DNA of 46,020 bases, taken from positions 1 through 46,020 of the forward strand of contig CAJGEA010000002.1 of NCBI GenBank assembly GCA_904502015.1, read 5' to 3'. The DNA comes from an uncultured Clostridia bacterium (GTDB lineage: Bacteria; Bacillota; Clostridia; Oscillospirales; CAG-272). The position numbers and the translations under genes were made by a program. Shown here one piece after another: positions 18,744-28,423 of this stretch; positions within the stretch are counted from its first letter, which is position 1, and the number at the start of each line of letters is the position of its first letter. The notes beneath the pieces are model-generated. The model saw nothing but the letters and a program-made list of their open reading frames with translations, was not told the origin of the DNA and did no database searches.

Positions 18744-19904
18744 ATGTCCCGCCGTGTGTTTCTGATTGTTTTGGATAGCCTTGGCATTGGAGAGATGCCC
18801 GACGCCGCCCGCTTTGGCGACGAGGGCAGTCACACTCTTCGTGCCATTCGCAATCACCCTTCGTTTCATTGTCCCAATCTGGAGAAACTGGGACTTTTCC
18901 ATATCGACGGCGTGGGAGATGCCCCCGATACCGCCCCCACTGCCGCCCACGCCCGCATGACCGAGGCATCGGCAGGGAAGGACACCACCATCGGGCATTG
19001 GGAGATCGCGGGCGTGGTGTCGGATACGCCTCTGCCCACCTACCCCAACGGCTTTCCGCCCGAGGTCATCGAGGCATTTTCCCGCCTTGTCGGGCGCGGC
19101 GTACTGTGCAACCGCCCCTACTCGGGCACCGACGTGATCCGTGACTTTGGCGAGGCGCATATCCGCACGGGGGATCTCATCGTCTACACCTCGGCGGACA
19201 GCGTGTTTCAGATTGCCGCCCATGAGGATATCGTTCCCGTAGAGGAGCTCTACCGCATCTGCGAAGAGGCGCGTGACCTGCTCCGAGGCGGGCACAGCGT
19301 GGGCCGCGTTATCGCCCGTCCGTTTACGGGTTCGCACCCCTTCACCCGCACCACGCGCCGCCACGATTATTCCCTCGCGCCGCCCAAACCCACCATGGCG
19401 GATCGCTTGTCCGAGGCGGGGCTTGATGTGATCGGCGTGGGGAAGATCGGAGATATTTTCGCGGGGCGGGGCCTGACCGAGAGCCGCCGCACGGGAAGTA
19501 ACGCCGAGGGCATGAAAATGACCGCCGAGGTGGCAGAACGCAATTTCCACGGCCTGTGCTTTACAAACCTCGTGGATTTCGATATGACCTACGGCCACCG
19601 CAACGACGTGGGTGGCTACGCCTCGGCCATGACCGAATTTGACCGCTGGCTGGGGGCTTTTCTGCCCACGCTTCGAAACGAGGATATCCTGCTGATTACC
19701 GCCGACCACGGCTGTGATCCCTCCACGCCGTCTACCGACCACTCCCGCGAATACACGCCGCTTTTGCTCTATTGCGATGCGGTAAATCCGATAAACCTCG
19801 GCACACGCTCTACCTTTGCCGACATAGCAGCCACCGTACTGGACTACCTCGGCGTGCCGCAGGGGGATCTCGCAGGTGAGAGCCTGCTTCCCCTGATTTT
19901 ATAA
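18744..19904 (+). CDS. deoB: Phosphopentomutase
   Basis: MSRRVFLIVLDSLGIGEMPDAARFGDEGSHTL... and ITADHGCDP match DeoB. The ATG at 18744 has an AAAGGAGG RBS. Confidence 0.92.
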   Translation: MSRRVFLIVLDSLGIGEMPDAARFGDEGSHTLRAIRNHPSFHCPNLEKLGLFHIDGVGDAPDTAPTAAHARMTEASAGKDTTIGHWEIAGVVSDTPLPTYPNGFPPEVIEAFSRLVGRGVLCNRPYSGTDVIRDFGEAHIRTGDLIVYTSADSVFQIAAHEDIVPVEELYRICEEARDLLRGGHSVGRVIARPFTGSHPFTRTTRRHDYSLAPPKPTMADRLSEAGLDVIGVGKIGDIFAGRGLTESRRTGSNAEGMKMTAEVAERNFHGLCFTNLVDFDMTYGHRNDVGGYASAMTEFDRWLGAFLPTLRNEDILLITADHGCDPSTPSTDHSREYTPLLLYCDAVNPINLGTRSTFADIAATVLDYLGVPQGDLAGESLLPLIL

Positions 19905-19927
19905 AACCAACCGAAAGGAGTAACGCC

Positions 19928-22342
19928 ATGTCCCTATTGGAACTGAAACAGATCGGTAAGATCTACGTGTCGGACGGCAACGTCGCCGTGGGCATCCGCG
20001 GTGTGAATCTGTCCTTTGATCGCGGCGAGTTCGTCGCCGTGACGGGTAAATCGGGATCGGGTAAGTCCACCCTGCTCAACGTCATCAGCGGTATGGATAC
20101 CTACGAGGAGGGAGAGCTGCTGATTGACGGCGAGCCCACCTCGCACTACATGCAAAAGGATTGGGAGGAGTATCGCAAGCAGTACATCTCCTTCATCTTC
20201 CAGGACTATAATATTATTGAGAGCTTCACGGTTCTCCAGAACGTGGAGCTGGCCCTGATGCATATCGAGGATCCCCGTGCCCGCCGCGCTCGTGCGATGG
20301 AGCTGATCCGCCGCGTGGGGCTTGAGAAGCACGCCCACCATAAGGGCAGTAAGCTCTCGGGCGGACAAAAGCAACGCACCGTCATTGCCCGCGCCCTCGC
20401 CAAGGATAGTCCCATCATTCTGGCGGACGAGCCCACGGGTAACCTGGACAGCAAATCCTCGGTGGAGATCATCGAGCTGCTTCGCGAGGTGTCGAAGGAT
20501 AAGCTGGTCATCGTGGTCACCCATAACTTTGACGAGGTCGCGGCTTGCGCCACCCGACACGTCCGTATCTACGACGGCGCGGTGGAGTTTGACCATACGC
20601 TGCACCAAGCCACCCCTGTGCAGGAATCCCGCAAGGTCACCGAGGATACACCCCTGCCCACCGCCGCCCGCACCGCGCGGCATACCCTGCGGAACGGACT
20701 CACCCTTGGGCGCGTGCGCTTTTTCGCGCGCCCCAAGCTATCCATTTTCCTCTGCATCCTTATGACGCTGACGTCCATCGTCCTCGCCTACTCCACCGCA
20801 AATTCCGCAACCCTTTCCGAAACCGAAGACGCAGAGCGCCTCTTTACATACATGAAAGGCCGCGTGGTGATCGCAAGGAGGGACGGTGTACCCATCACCG
20901 ATGACGAGCTCGCGGCGCTTGCCGAGGAGGTCGGGGCAGAGGACTATATGCACCACGACTTCATGCTGGATCAAACCACCGATCTTCAGTTTGACGAGGA
21001 TCTTCCCCGTACTCGGTTCACGTTTGCCTATCCCGCCGAGCGGGTAACGCCCGACGCGGGACGCTACCCCGAGGCGGAGAATGAGGTGCTCCTGTCCGTT
21101 CCCATTTCCTATGAGCCCTTCTTTGGTCGAGGGGACTTTGAACCCTGCGAACTCCCCCTTCTGTTCCGTACCGCCAACTATACCGTAACGGGTGTTCACT
21201 ACTACTATGACAACACCCAAACTCCGCGCCTGTTCTTCACCGAGGAGGGGTATAAGACGGCCTCGGTGCTGGCCTTCTTCTCACAGCAGAAGGGAAGATT
21301 CAAGTACGATGTCGTCCTGTCTGTCGGTGAGGCCACGGAGGAACAGAACGCATGGGAAAACCACATTTTCATGGAGGGCACCACCTTTGTCGATTTCGGC
21401 ATGGAGAAGGGCAGCTACTTCATCAACAACACCTGGCTGCAGGAGAATATCAATGCCGTACTCCGTGAATACGAAGACAAGTACGGAGTGACGCCCGATA
21501 TCCGAACCTCGGTCATTTTCCAAGGCGAGTTTATGAACTATCAGTACAACCGAATGGAGAGCGATTACGGCTACGTGACCATCGGCGCCGATCCCTCCTA
21601 CGGTACGGGCTACGGCACGACCGGTCAGATCTCGCACTCCTTTGATCAATACCGCCTTACCGATACCGTTTCTGAGTCCATGAAGGAGGCCATGTCCCAA
21701 ACGTATTATGAAAATTGGCAGGAGGGGCAGGGAATCAGCAATGTCACCTGCGTGATCGTATCCCCCGACGTGCTGGTGGATTTCGTCCACGACGGGTACT
21801 ATACCAGCGCCTATACGCAAGCCTCGCTGTTCTTTGAGAACGACCGCGCCGCCAAGCGCCAGCTTGATGCGCTGGGTGAGAAGGGCTACACCGCCGTGCT
21901 GTCGGACGCGACCGATGAGCAGGATGTATATACCGTACTTCTCACCCGCCTTGTTTCAGTTCTCAGCGCGTTCGGCTGGATCATTTCCATCCTGTTTTCC
22001 ACCTTCTTCCTGCATCTTTGCTCCTCCCGCGCCATGAACGCCACGCGGGGCGACGTGGCTATCATGCGCTCTATGGGCATCCCCACGCGGGTGGTGAAGG
22101 TCAGCATCTACGTGCAGACCCTGATTACCCTCATTCCCGCCGCTATCGTCACCGCAGCCGTGTGCATCGCGGTGTATACCATACCTAAAACCAATGCCAT
22201 GTTCCCCTTCCTGCACGCTGAAAATTACCTGCTGATCGCGGTGGTGCTGGTTGCCATTGCCTTGAACCTGGCGCGCAAGTACGTAAAGAAAATGTTTAAC
22301 GAAAGCGTCAAGAAAACCCTGAAGGGAGGTGCCCGTGAATGA
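19928..22342 (+). CDS. Fused ABC transporter ATP-binding / FtsX-family permease protein (MacB-like architecture)
   Basis: 804 aa. The N-terminal ABC ATPase has [20 protein letters not shown] and [12 protein letters not shown] single TM and a large (~380-aa) non-hydrophobic domain follow, and the C-terminus is FtsX-like ([12 protein letters not shown] plus TM helices). Confidence 0.85.
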   Translation: MSLLELKQIGKIYVSDGNVAVGIRGVNLSFDRGEFVAVTGKSGSGKSTLLNVISGMDTYEEGELLIDGEPTSHYMQKDWEEYRKQYISFIFQDYNIIESFTVLQNVELALMHIEDPRARRARAMELIRRVGLEKHAHHKGSKLSGGQKQRTVIARALAKDSPIILADEPTGNLDSKSSVEIIELLREVSKDKLVIVVTHNFDEVAACATRHVRIYDGAVEFDHTLHQATPVQESRKVTEDTPLPTAARTARHTLRNGLTLGRVRFFARPKLSIFLCILMTLTSIVLAYSTANSATLSETEDAERLFTYMKGRVVIARRDGVPITDDELAALAEEVGAEDYMHHDFMLDQTTDLQFDEDLPRTRFTFAYPAERVTPDAGRYPEAENEVLLSVPISYEPFFGRGDFEPCELPLLFRTANYTVTGVHYYYDNTQTPRLFFTEEGYKTASVLAFFSQQKGRFKYDVVLSVGEATEEQNAWENHIFMEGTTFVDFGMEKGSYFINNTWLQENINAVLREYEDKYGVTPDIRTSVIFQGEFMNYQYNRMESDYGYVTIGADPSYGTGYGTTGQISHSFDQYRLTDTVSESMKEAMSQTYYENWQEGQGISNVTCVIVSPDVLVDFVHDGYYTSAYTQASLFFENDRAAKRQLDALGEKGYTAVLSDATDEQDVYTVLLTRLVSVLSAFGWIISILFSTFFLHLCSSRAMNATRGDVAIMRSMGIPTRVVKVSIYVQTLITLIPAAIVTAAVCIAVYTIPKTNAMFPFLHAENYLLIAVVLVAIALNLARKYVKKMFNESVKKTLKGGARE

Positions 22343-24885
22343 GTCGATCCATCGTAACCCTCCGCGGCGCGGATAAATACTACCGTCGAGGCAAGAGCAA
22401 TGAGATCCATGTGATGGATCAGATCAGTCTGGAGCTTCCCGAGCGCGGCATGGTCGCGGTGTTCGGCCCGAGCGGATGCGGTAAAACCACCCTGCTCAAC
22501 GCCATCGGCGGACTGGACTCCATCGGCGGCGGCTCAATTGAGCTGTTTGGACAGAACATCCGTGAGGACACCGACACCCTGCGTAACCGCTACGTGGGCT
22601 ACATTTTCCAAAATTACAACCTGAATGTGCAGGAAACCGTCTATGAGAACGTCGCCGCCGCCCTGCGGCTGTGCGGCATGACCGACGAGGCCGAGACCCG
22701 GACCCGCGTTATGGCGGCGCTTTCGGGTGTGGACATGGATAAGTACCGCGACCGCCTGCCCGATACCCTCTCGGGCGGTCAGCAGCAGCGCGTGGCCATT
22801 GCCCGCGCCATCGTCAAGTCCCCCGCCATCATTTTGGCCGACGAGCCCACGGGCAACCTTGACGAGCAGAATACCGTGATGGTCATGGATATTTTGAAGG
22901 AACTCTCCAAAACCCGCCTTGTTCTGCTGGTCACCCACGAGGCGAATCTCGTGGACTACTACTGCGACCGCGTCATTGAGATCGTGGACGGCCGCGTGGT
23001 CAGCGACCGCGAAAACGAGGGTGCCAACGGATACGTAGAGCGCAAAAAAAATGACATCTACCTCGGGGAACTGGAAAAGACCGAGATCGATGCGGGCGGC
23101 GTGCAGATCGAATGCTACGGCGATCCCCGCGAGGTCAAACTCCGCATCGTGTGCGCGAACGGCAAGCTCTACCTCAAGAGCGAAACGCCCTCGCTCCGTG
23201 TGCTGGATGAATCGGCGGAGATCCGCCTTGTGGACGGCGTGTTCCGCAATACCCCCCGTACCGACGGGGAGGGGCGAACAGAGAGCCGTATTGATACCTC
23301 GGCCCTTACCCCCGTAGAGGGTGGTCGCTACGGTCGGCTGTACCACCTCCGCAACGCCCTCACCGCCGCATGGCGGGAGAATTTCGCAAGGAAAAAGAAG
23401 GGAAGAACGCTTTTGCGTGTCAGCCTCTTTCTCCTTTCGGTGGTTCTCGTGTTCATGGCGGCAACGGGTACGGCGTCCCTGCGTCAGCTTGCCGAGATCC
23501 GCGGCGAGCATAGCGGTCAGACCTTCTTTGTTCCCATTGATCCCGCAGAAGATTATTCCGCCGTGTGGGCGCATATCGGCGAGCACGGTATGGACTACGC
23601 GCGCCTCATAGGGGATTCCTACCTCAATGCGACCGATAACCTTACCTTCCGTACCACCGCATTTATGACGGCGAGCGGCAGTCAGCTCTCGGCAAGGGGC
23701 CATATACTGGATATGGCTCACGCCGAGAATCTGCCTCTCGTTTGCGGCACCACCGAGCTGTCGGGAGAGGGGGACATTGTGATCACTACGGCCTTTGCCG
23801 ATGAGCTCATCAAGAGCGCCACCGTCAGCTATATCGAGGATTACAGCGACCTGATCGGTCTTGTATCTTCGCACAGATTTAACGTGGCAGGTAAGGATAT
23901 GTTCATTCGTGTAGTCGGCGTTGTCGGCTCCGAGGAGTCAAATTTCTACCTGTCCTCCCTCAGCGCCGCCTTCTACGTTTTGCAGAATAGTTTCTATCTT
24001 CCCGTTTACCCCGTGTCCCTGCAATCCTACTATAAGGGCGAGATCAAAGACGGCGAGGCCGTGTTCCTGCCCGCCATTGGCACGGTGGCAACCGTCAAGG
24101 AAGGGGATAGCCTTTCGGTTTTGGGTCACTCCTTCCGCGTGACCGAGGTTCGCCCTGGTCCCAATATGGATAAATATTACGATTCTGAGATCACGGAAGA
24201 CGAGTTGCTTGACATTGAGATGGGGAAAAACGAGATTGTGAATGAAAACTGCCTCATCGTCAGCGACGCCGATTATATCCGCCTTGCCTACAGCGCAGGC
24301 AAAACCGATGATCGCTTGGCCGTACCTTTCTACACCTACAAGTACGACGGCGGGGCCTACTATTCCCACCATCTCATGATTCATGCGAGTGACCCCGAGG
24401 CCGCCGAAGCATACCTCACAGAGGCCTTCGGCGATGCCCTCATTACCCCTTCCGCGGTGATGGACGAAATGATTCTGGACTACCGTGACGGCATTGTGGC
24501 CACCGCTGTTACCCTCGCTGTGCTGCTGGTGCTGATGTGCCTCTGCATATTCGGCATTATGCGCTCCTCGTTCATGAGCCGTGTGAAGGAGGTCGGTATT
24601 CTGCGCGCCATCGGCGTCACCAAGCGCAATCTCCTGTTCCGCTTCGCGGTGGAAACCGCCCTGCTCATGGTGCTGACGGTTCTGCTGGGCTACCTCCTGT
24701 CGGCATGGTTCATCGTGTCCCTATCGGACGCGCCCTTGTTCTCGTTGGTATTCTATTTCCCCGCGTGGCTGAGTATCGCCATGCTGGCGGTGATTGCCGC
24801 TGCAGGGTTGTTCTTTGGCGTCCTGCCCGCCATGCTCTTGCTGCGTAAGACTCCCAGCGAGATCCTTGCGAAATACGACGTGTGA
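22339..24885 (+). CDS. Fused ABC transporter ATP-binding / FtsX-family permease protein (paralogous architecture)
   Basis: 848 aa. Its start overlaps the upstream stop by 4 nt (ATGA). Contains [31 protein letters not shown] and a C-terminal FtsX block ([14 protein letters not shown] plus TM helices). Confidence 0.85.
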   Translation: MSRSIVTLRGADKYYRRGKSNEIHVMDQISLELPERGMVAVFGPSGCGKTTLLNAIGGLDSIGGGSIELFGQNIREDTDTLRNRYVGYIFQNYNLNVQETVYENVAAALRLCGMTDEAETRTRVMAALSGVDMDKYRDRLPDTLSGGQQQRVAIARAIVKSPAIILADEPTGNLDEQNTVMVMDILKELSKTRLVLLVTHEANLVDYYCDRVIEIVDGRVVSDRENEGANGYVERKKNDIYLGELEKTEIDAGGVQIECYGDPREVKLRIVCANGKLYLKSETPSLRVLDESAEIRLVDGVFRNTPRTDGEGRTESRIDTSALTPVEGGRYGRLYHLRNALTAAWRENFARKKKGRTLLRVSLFLLSVVLVFMAATGTASLRQLAEIRGEHSGQTFFVPIDPAEDYSAVWAHIGEHGMDYARLIGDSYLNATDNLTFRTTAFMTASGSQLSARGHILDMAHAENLPLVCGTTELSGEGDIVITTAFADELIKSATVSYIEDYSDLIGLVSSHRFNVAGKDMFIRVVGVVGSEESNFYLSSLSAAFYVLQNSFYLPVYPVSLQSYYKGEIKDGEAVFLPAIGTVATVKEGDSLSVLGHSFRVTEVRPGPNMDKYYDSEITEDELLDIEMGKNEIVNENCLIVSDADYIRLAYSAGKTDDRLAVPFYTYKYDGGAYYSHHLMIHASDPEAAEAYLTEAFGDALITPSAVMDEMILDYRDGIVATAVTLAVLLVLMCLCIFGIMRSSFMSRVKEVGILRAIGVTKRNLLFRFAVETALLMVLTVLLGYLLSAWFIVSLSDAPLFSLVFYFPAWLSIAMLAVIAAAGLFFGVLPAMLLLRKTPSEILAKYDV

Positions 24886-24895
24886 TTTTTTACCC

Positions 24896-24929
24896 ATCCG
24901 CAACGGCGCGAGCCGTTGCGGATTTTTTT
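24896..24929 (+). terminator. Rho-independent terminator after the ABC pair
   Basis: ATCCGCAACGGC, gcga loop, GCCGTTGCGGAT, followed by T7. Confidence 0.9.
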
Positions 24930-25016
24930 GTGAACGGTTTTTGTGTGTTTCTTATAATTTTTTGGCGCGATCGTTGTTGGGTTTGATGGTTTTTTGTTTT
25001 TTTTCATGCAACCCCC

Positions 25017-25045
25017 TTGCATTTTTGAAGAGTCTATGGTATACT
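25017..25045 (+). promoter_or_regulatory. Sigma-A-type promoter of the fibre locus
   Basis: TTGCAT, a 17-nt spacer, then TGgTATACT. The -35 is part of the perfect palindrome ATGCAAcccccTTGCAT (25006-25022). A ~110-nt leader separates it from the first ATG. Confidence 0.5.
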
Positions 25046-25155
25046 ATGGAATGAGTTATTGTCTTTTCGTGTAATCAGTTGCATTTGCAAGTGCCAAAAC
25101 ATGAAAATATGGCCCGTAAAAACGGCAAAAAATGCTTACAGAACGGCGGTAGAAT

Positions 25156-26568
25156 ATGGCAACGATTAAAAAGATCTCCAAACAAAAACTGAATACCGTT
25201 ATCAAAGGGCTTCCTGCACCCGTTCAGAAGCACTGCAAGCGGACCAAAATGCTCGCGGCGTACATCGTCGAGCAGATCAAGACCGAGGAATGGTTCCTCG
25301 ATGCCGAGGTCAAGCCGAACTTTGTTGTGGAAGCCGTGTTCTATCACGATATCGGCAAGTGTAAAATCGCTGAGGATTGCCTGTATTTCGACCACTGCAC
25401 CTCGCAGGAGAAGCGTGAGACCTACGAATCCCACGTATTCCAGGGCGTTCCCCTGATCGTTGAGGAGTGTGGGGCGTACGTAGCAGAGAGCCCCGTTCAT
25501 TCGTTTGAGTACTGCACCTACCTTGCCATCACCGAGCACCACGAGCACGTGGACGGCAGTGGCTTCCCCTACGGCAAGCGCGGCGAGGATCTGTCCATCG
25601 TTGGCAAGATTACCGCCCTTGCTAACGTGCTGGATCACCTCCTGTTCGTAGGCCGAACCGATTGGTGCGATTTTGACGGTGCCATGGCCGAGCTGGAAAA
25701 GCTCGCGGGCAACGAGCTGGATGAAACGCTGGTGGCCATCCTGCTTGACCGCAAGGAGGCGTTCCGCGAATTCGTTTCCTACCTCTTTGATTCCGAGATC
25801 CGCAATATCAAGAAAAATTCCTACGGCATCCGCGTGTTCTATCACCCTGTGGTGTTGCTGAAAAATAAGAAAACGGTCATGTATCGCGCCGAATACCGTC
25901 TCAACGATCCCTACTACGGTATGGTCGACGGGGCAGCGGTTCTCCCCATTGCCGAGCAATCGGGACAGATCTTCAAGCTGGAACGACTGGCGTTTGAAAA
26001 GATGTGCAGCGAGATCGACCGCCTCTGCTGGCCCGACGAGATGCTGCCTACGTTTACGTTCGGCTTCTCTGCCGTTCACGTACAGAAGCCCTCGTTTGTG
26101 CAGGACATTACCGAGATTTTGAACGCGTATGAGATCAACCCCAAGCTCGTGTGTATTTCGGTCAAGGATGCCGAAATGCAGAATCCCGAATATTCGTGGA
26201 CCGAAACGGTGGACGCGCTGCGCGCATTGGGTGTCAGCTTCATGATCGACGAGTTTTCGGGCGCGTCGCCCCTGCTGTCGGCTATGGACGAGCTGACCGT
26301 GGACCGCATTTGCATGAAGAAAGAATACAGTAAGAAGATCACCTTTAATTCAAAAACACAAAGCATCGTGGAGGGACTAATCCAGATTGCCCAAAAGCTG
26401 GGTATCGAGATCGTGTTTGACGCAGTGGAGACGGATGACACCGTGTCGGTACTGCGACAGATGGGTGTACCCGCGGCAGGCGGCCCCCTCTACGGTCAGC
26501 CCCTTTCCTTTAAGGAACTCAGAAAACTCATGGATGATCAATACATAAAGGGGGGTGACGGCCAATGA
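25156..26568 (+). CDS. HD-GYP domain plus degenerate EAL-like domain protein (c-di-GMP phosphodiesterase/sensor-like)
   Basis: 470 aa. The N-terminal half carries FYHDIGK and HHEHVDGSGFPYG, a variant of the HHExxDGxGYP motif. The C-terminal half aligns by eye to an EAL domain, but with substitutions at positions I recall as catalytic (EYR for EAL, DEFSG for DDFGTG, DAVE for EGVE). The RBS at 25156 is weak. Confidence 0.75.
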   Translation: MATIKKISKQKLNTVIKGLPAPVQKHCKRTKMLAAYIVEQIKTEEWFLDAEVKPNFVVEAVFYHDIGKCKIAEDCLYFDHCTSQEKRETYESHVFQGVPLIVEECGAYVAESPVHSFEYCTYLAITEHHEHVDGSGFPYGKRGEDLSIVGKITALANVLDHLLFVGRTDWCDFDGAMAELEKLAGNELDETLVAILLDRKEAFREFVSYLFDSEIRNIKKNSYGIRVFYHPVVLLKNKKTVMYRAEYRLNDPYYGMVDGAAVLPIAEQSGQIFKLERLAFEKMCSEIDRLCWPDEMLPTFTFGFSAVHVQKPSFVQDITEILNAYEINPKLVCISVKDAEMQNPEYSWTETVDALRALGVSFMIDEFSGASPLLSAMDELTVDRICMKKEYSKKITFNSKTQSIVEGLIQIAQKLGIEIVFDAVETDDTVSVLRQMGVPAAGGPLYGQPLSFKELRKLMDDQYIKGGDGQ

Positions 26569-27317
26569 ACCAGAAAATGACCCCCGTGTCAAACGTGTCA
26601 AAGCCGCCATCCAAGCTCGCCCAGTGGCTCAGCCGCGCGTCGGGCATGATGTGGCTCCGCACTGTTAAGATCGTGGCGGGTATCCTGCTGGTCGTTCTGT
26701 TGACGTTCTACAGCGCCGCCGTTCTGTTTACCGATCAGGGCGGATTCACGGTGTCCATTAAGGATTCGGGAAAAGGGAACACCCAATCGGGTGCGATTTC
26801 GCTTTCCGAGACGGCGGATTTTGCGTCTCCCACCGTTCGCCTTGAGGCGCAGGATGTGGCCGGTATGACGAACATATCGGGATTGGATATCCCCGTCGAC
26901 GTAGATAACTATGACGGCGCACACAACGGCGAAAACTACATGGCGTATACCTTCTACCTGAAGAACAGCGGCGAGGCCGCTTGCAACGTGCTCACCGAGC
27001 TCCGCATTGACGGTGTCGTCAAGGCGGCGGACGAGGCTGTTCGCGTAAAGGTATATAAAAACGGCATCCCTACTACCTATGCCAAGCTCGCGGCGGACGG
27101 GACCCCCGAGCCGGGCACAACTCCCTTTGAGGGCGGAAAAAAGGTACTCTCGGAGCTTTCCGAGAACCTCGCCGCAGGGGAGACTACAAAGTATACGATT
27201 GTTATATGGTTGGAAGGAAATGATCCCGAATGTCTCGATAATATTAAGGGAGGAAGCGTGAAAATGTCGCTGATGTTTTCCGTGGTGGAGGATACCGAAA
27301 CCCAGTCCGAAACTTAA
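26565..27317 (+). CDS. TasA/camelysin-like secreted subunit paralog 1 (SipW-type signal, WLEGxDxxC motif)
   Basis: 250 aa. ATGA overlap with the upstream stop and a strong AAAGGGGGG RBS. The N-terminal TM helix ends ..YSAAVLFTDQGG. The C-terminus reads YTIVIWLEGNDPECLDNIKGGSVKMSLMFSVVE. Confidence 0.65.
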   Translation: MNQKMTPVSNVSKPPSKLAQWLSRASGMMWLRTVKIVAGILLVVLLTFYSAAVLFTDQGGFTVSIKDSGKGNTQSGAISLSETADFASPTVRLEAQDVAGMTNISGLDIPVDVDNYDGAHNGENYMAYTFYLKNSGEAACNVLTELRIDGVVKAADEAVRVKVYKNGIPTTYAKLAADGTPEPGTTPFEGGKKVLSELSENLAAGETTKYTIVIWLEGNDPECLDNIKGGSVKMSLMFSVVEDTETQSET

Positions 27318-27405
27318 TGTTTTCGAGATAGCAAATGCCTGACTGATCCAACTTCCAACCAATCCATATAACAATAGTAGAATAAAAACAAAACAGGAGG
27401 AAATT

Positions 27406-28278
27406 ATGAACAAGAATCTCAGAAAAGCGATGATCTCTGCGATCTGCATGCTCATCGTTGGCGTTATGTCCCTGACCGGCGTAACCTACGCATGGTTCAC
27501 TCAGTCCGAGGAAGCCATCGTTTCGGGTATGGCGTTCAACGTTATGTCCCCCGCAGGCGGCGTTCTGATCTCTGACGAGGAGAACACCGGCTGGAGATAC
27601 TCCATCGAGCTGAATGACACCTTCAACGGCTTCGCTCCCACTTCCACCGCTCCCGCCAACATGAAGAACGGCGAGCTGGAGTTCTACAATGCAACGGTTG
27701 ACACTTCGGTTGCCGCTGCTGATCTGGGTAAGGTCATCACCACCAGCAAGGTTGGCGATGGCGCTTACTTCAAGAAGACCATTTACATGTACAACGACAA
27801 CACCGAGGCTGAGGTTTCCGTAAACCTGGCCGGTACCGTTATCGGTATCAACAGCGCTCTCGGCGAGACCGCTGTTGACAAGAAGGCTCAGACCGCTATG
27901 CGTCTGGCTCTCGTTAAGCACGGCGCTTACGAGATGAGTGCAGGTGCTACTCTGACCGCTGCCGACGCAGATGATGTTGTTATCTACGAGCCTTACGCAG
28001 ACACCCTGCTGGACGGCACCACCGGTCAGCAGAAGCGCGCTTACAGAGGTATCACCGGCGCATCCGCTACTCCCTTTGATTCCACCGCTGCTGACTGCCA
28101 GTATTCCGAGGCAGTTGATACGGTTGTTAACCTGACTGATATGGTCGTTACGGTTCCCGCAGGTCAGTGCTACGCCGTTACCGTTTACATCTGGCTCGAG
28201 GGTCAGGACCCCGACTGTGTCAACAAGATCGGTGGCACCAACCTGGCAGCAGAGCTGCACTTCGCCAAGGTTTCGTAA
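27406..28278 (+). CDS. TasA/camelysin-like subunit paralog 2, candidate major fibre subunit
   Basis: 290 aa. It has the best RBS in the locus (ACAGGAGGAAATTATG). The signal peptide MNKNLRKAMISAICMLIVGVMSLTGVTYAWFTQSE resembles the SipW-cognate G-T-x-A-x-F-T-D class. The C-terminus reads VTVYIWLEGQDPDCVNKIGGTNLAAELHFAKVS. A hairpin follows the gene. Confidence 0.7.
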   Translation: MNKNLRKAMISAICMLIVGVMSLTGVTYAWFTQSEEAIVSGMAFNVMSPAGGVLISDEENTGWRYSIELNDTFNGFAPTSTAPANMKNGELEFYNATVDTSVAAADLGKVITTSKVGDGAYFKKTIYMYNDNTEAEVSVNLAGTVIGINSALGETAVDKKAQTAMRLALVKHGAYEMSAGATLTAADADDVVIYEPYADTLLDGTTGQQKRAYRGITGASATPFDSTAADCQYSEAVDTVVNLTDMVVTVPAGQCYAVTVYIWLEGQDPDCVNKIGGTNLAAELHFAKVS

Positions 28279-28369
28279 TCATCACGTAACCATTTTCACA
28301 GCAATCCCATTGTGATCGATCGTCGATCATTTGTAACTTAACTATCATCGAGGCATAACACCGGTATTG

Positions 28370-28403
28370 GTGTCCCGGGCGGCCGCAAGGCCGTTCGGGA
28401 CAC
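28370..28403 (+). promoter_or_regulatory. Intercistronic stem-loop between the candidate major subunit gene and the first sipW-like gene
   Basis: GTGTCCCGggCGGCC, GCAA loop, GGCCGttCGGGAC AC: 8 bp plus 5 bp of stem with a 2x2 internal loop and a GNRA-type tetraloop. There is no T-run. It ends 8 nt before the GGAGAG RBS of the next gene. Confidence 0.5.
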
Positions 28404-28423
28404 CGAAAAAGGAGAGAAAACAC

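Noticed and set aside
25101..25169. A 22-codon upstream ORF (MKIWPVKTAKNAYRTAVEYGND) in the locus leader, overlapping the HD-GYP start
   Set aside because: It has no RBS and no regulatory codon pattern, so it is probably fortuitous.
10552..26079. Minus-strand ORFs opposite gdhA, deoB, the ABC genes and the HD-GYP gene (10552-11436, 11949-12671, 18720-19742, 19934-20683, 22534-23874, 25075-26079)
   Set aside because: They lie antisense to genes with clear catalytic motifs and have no independent support.
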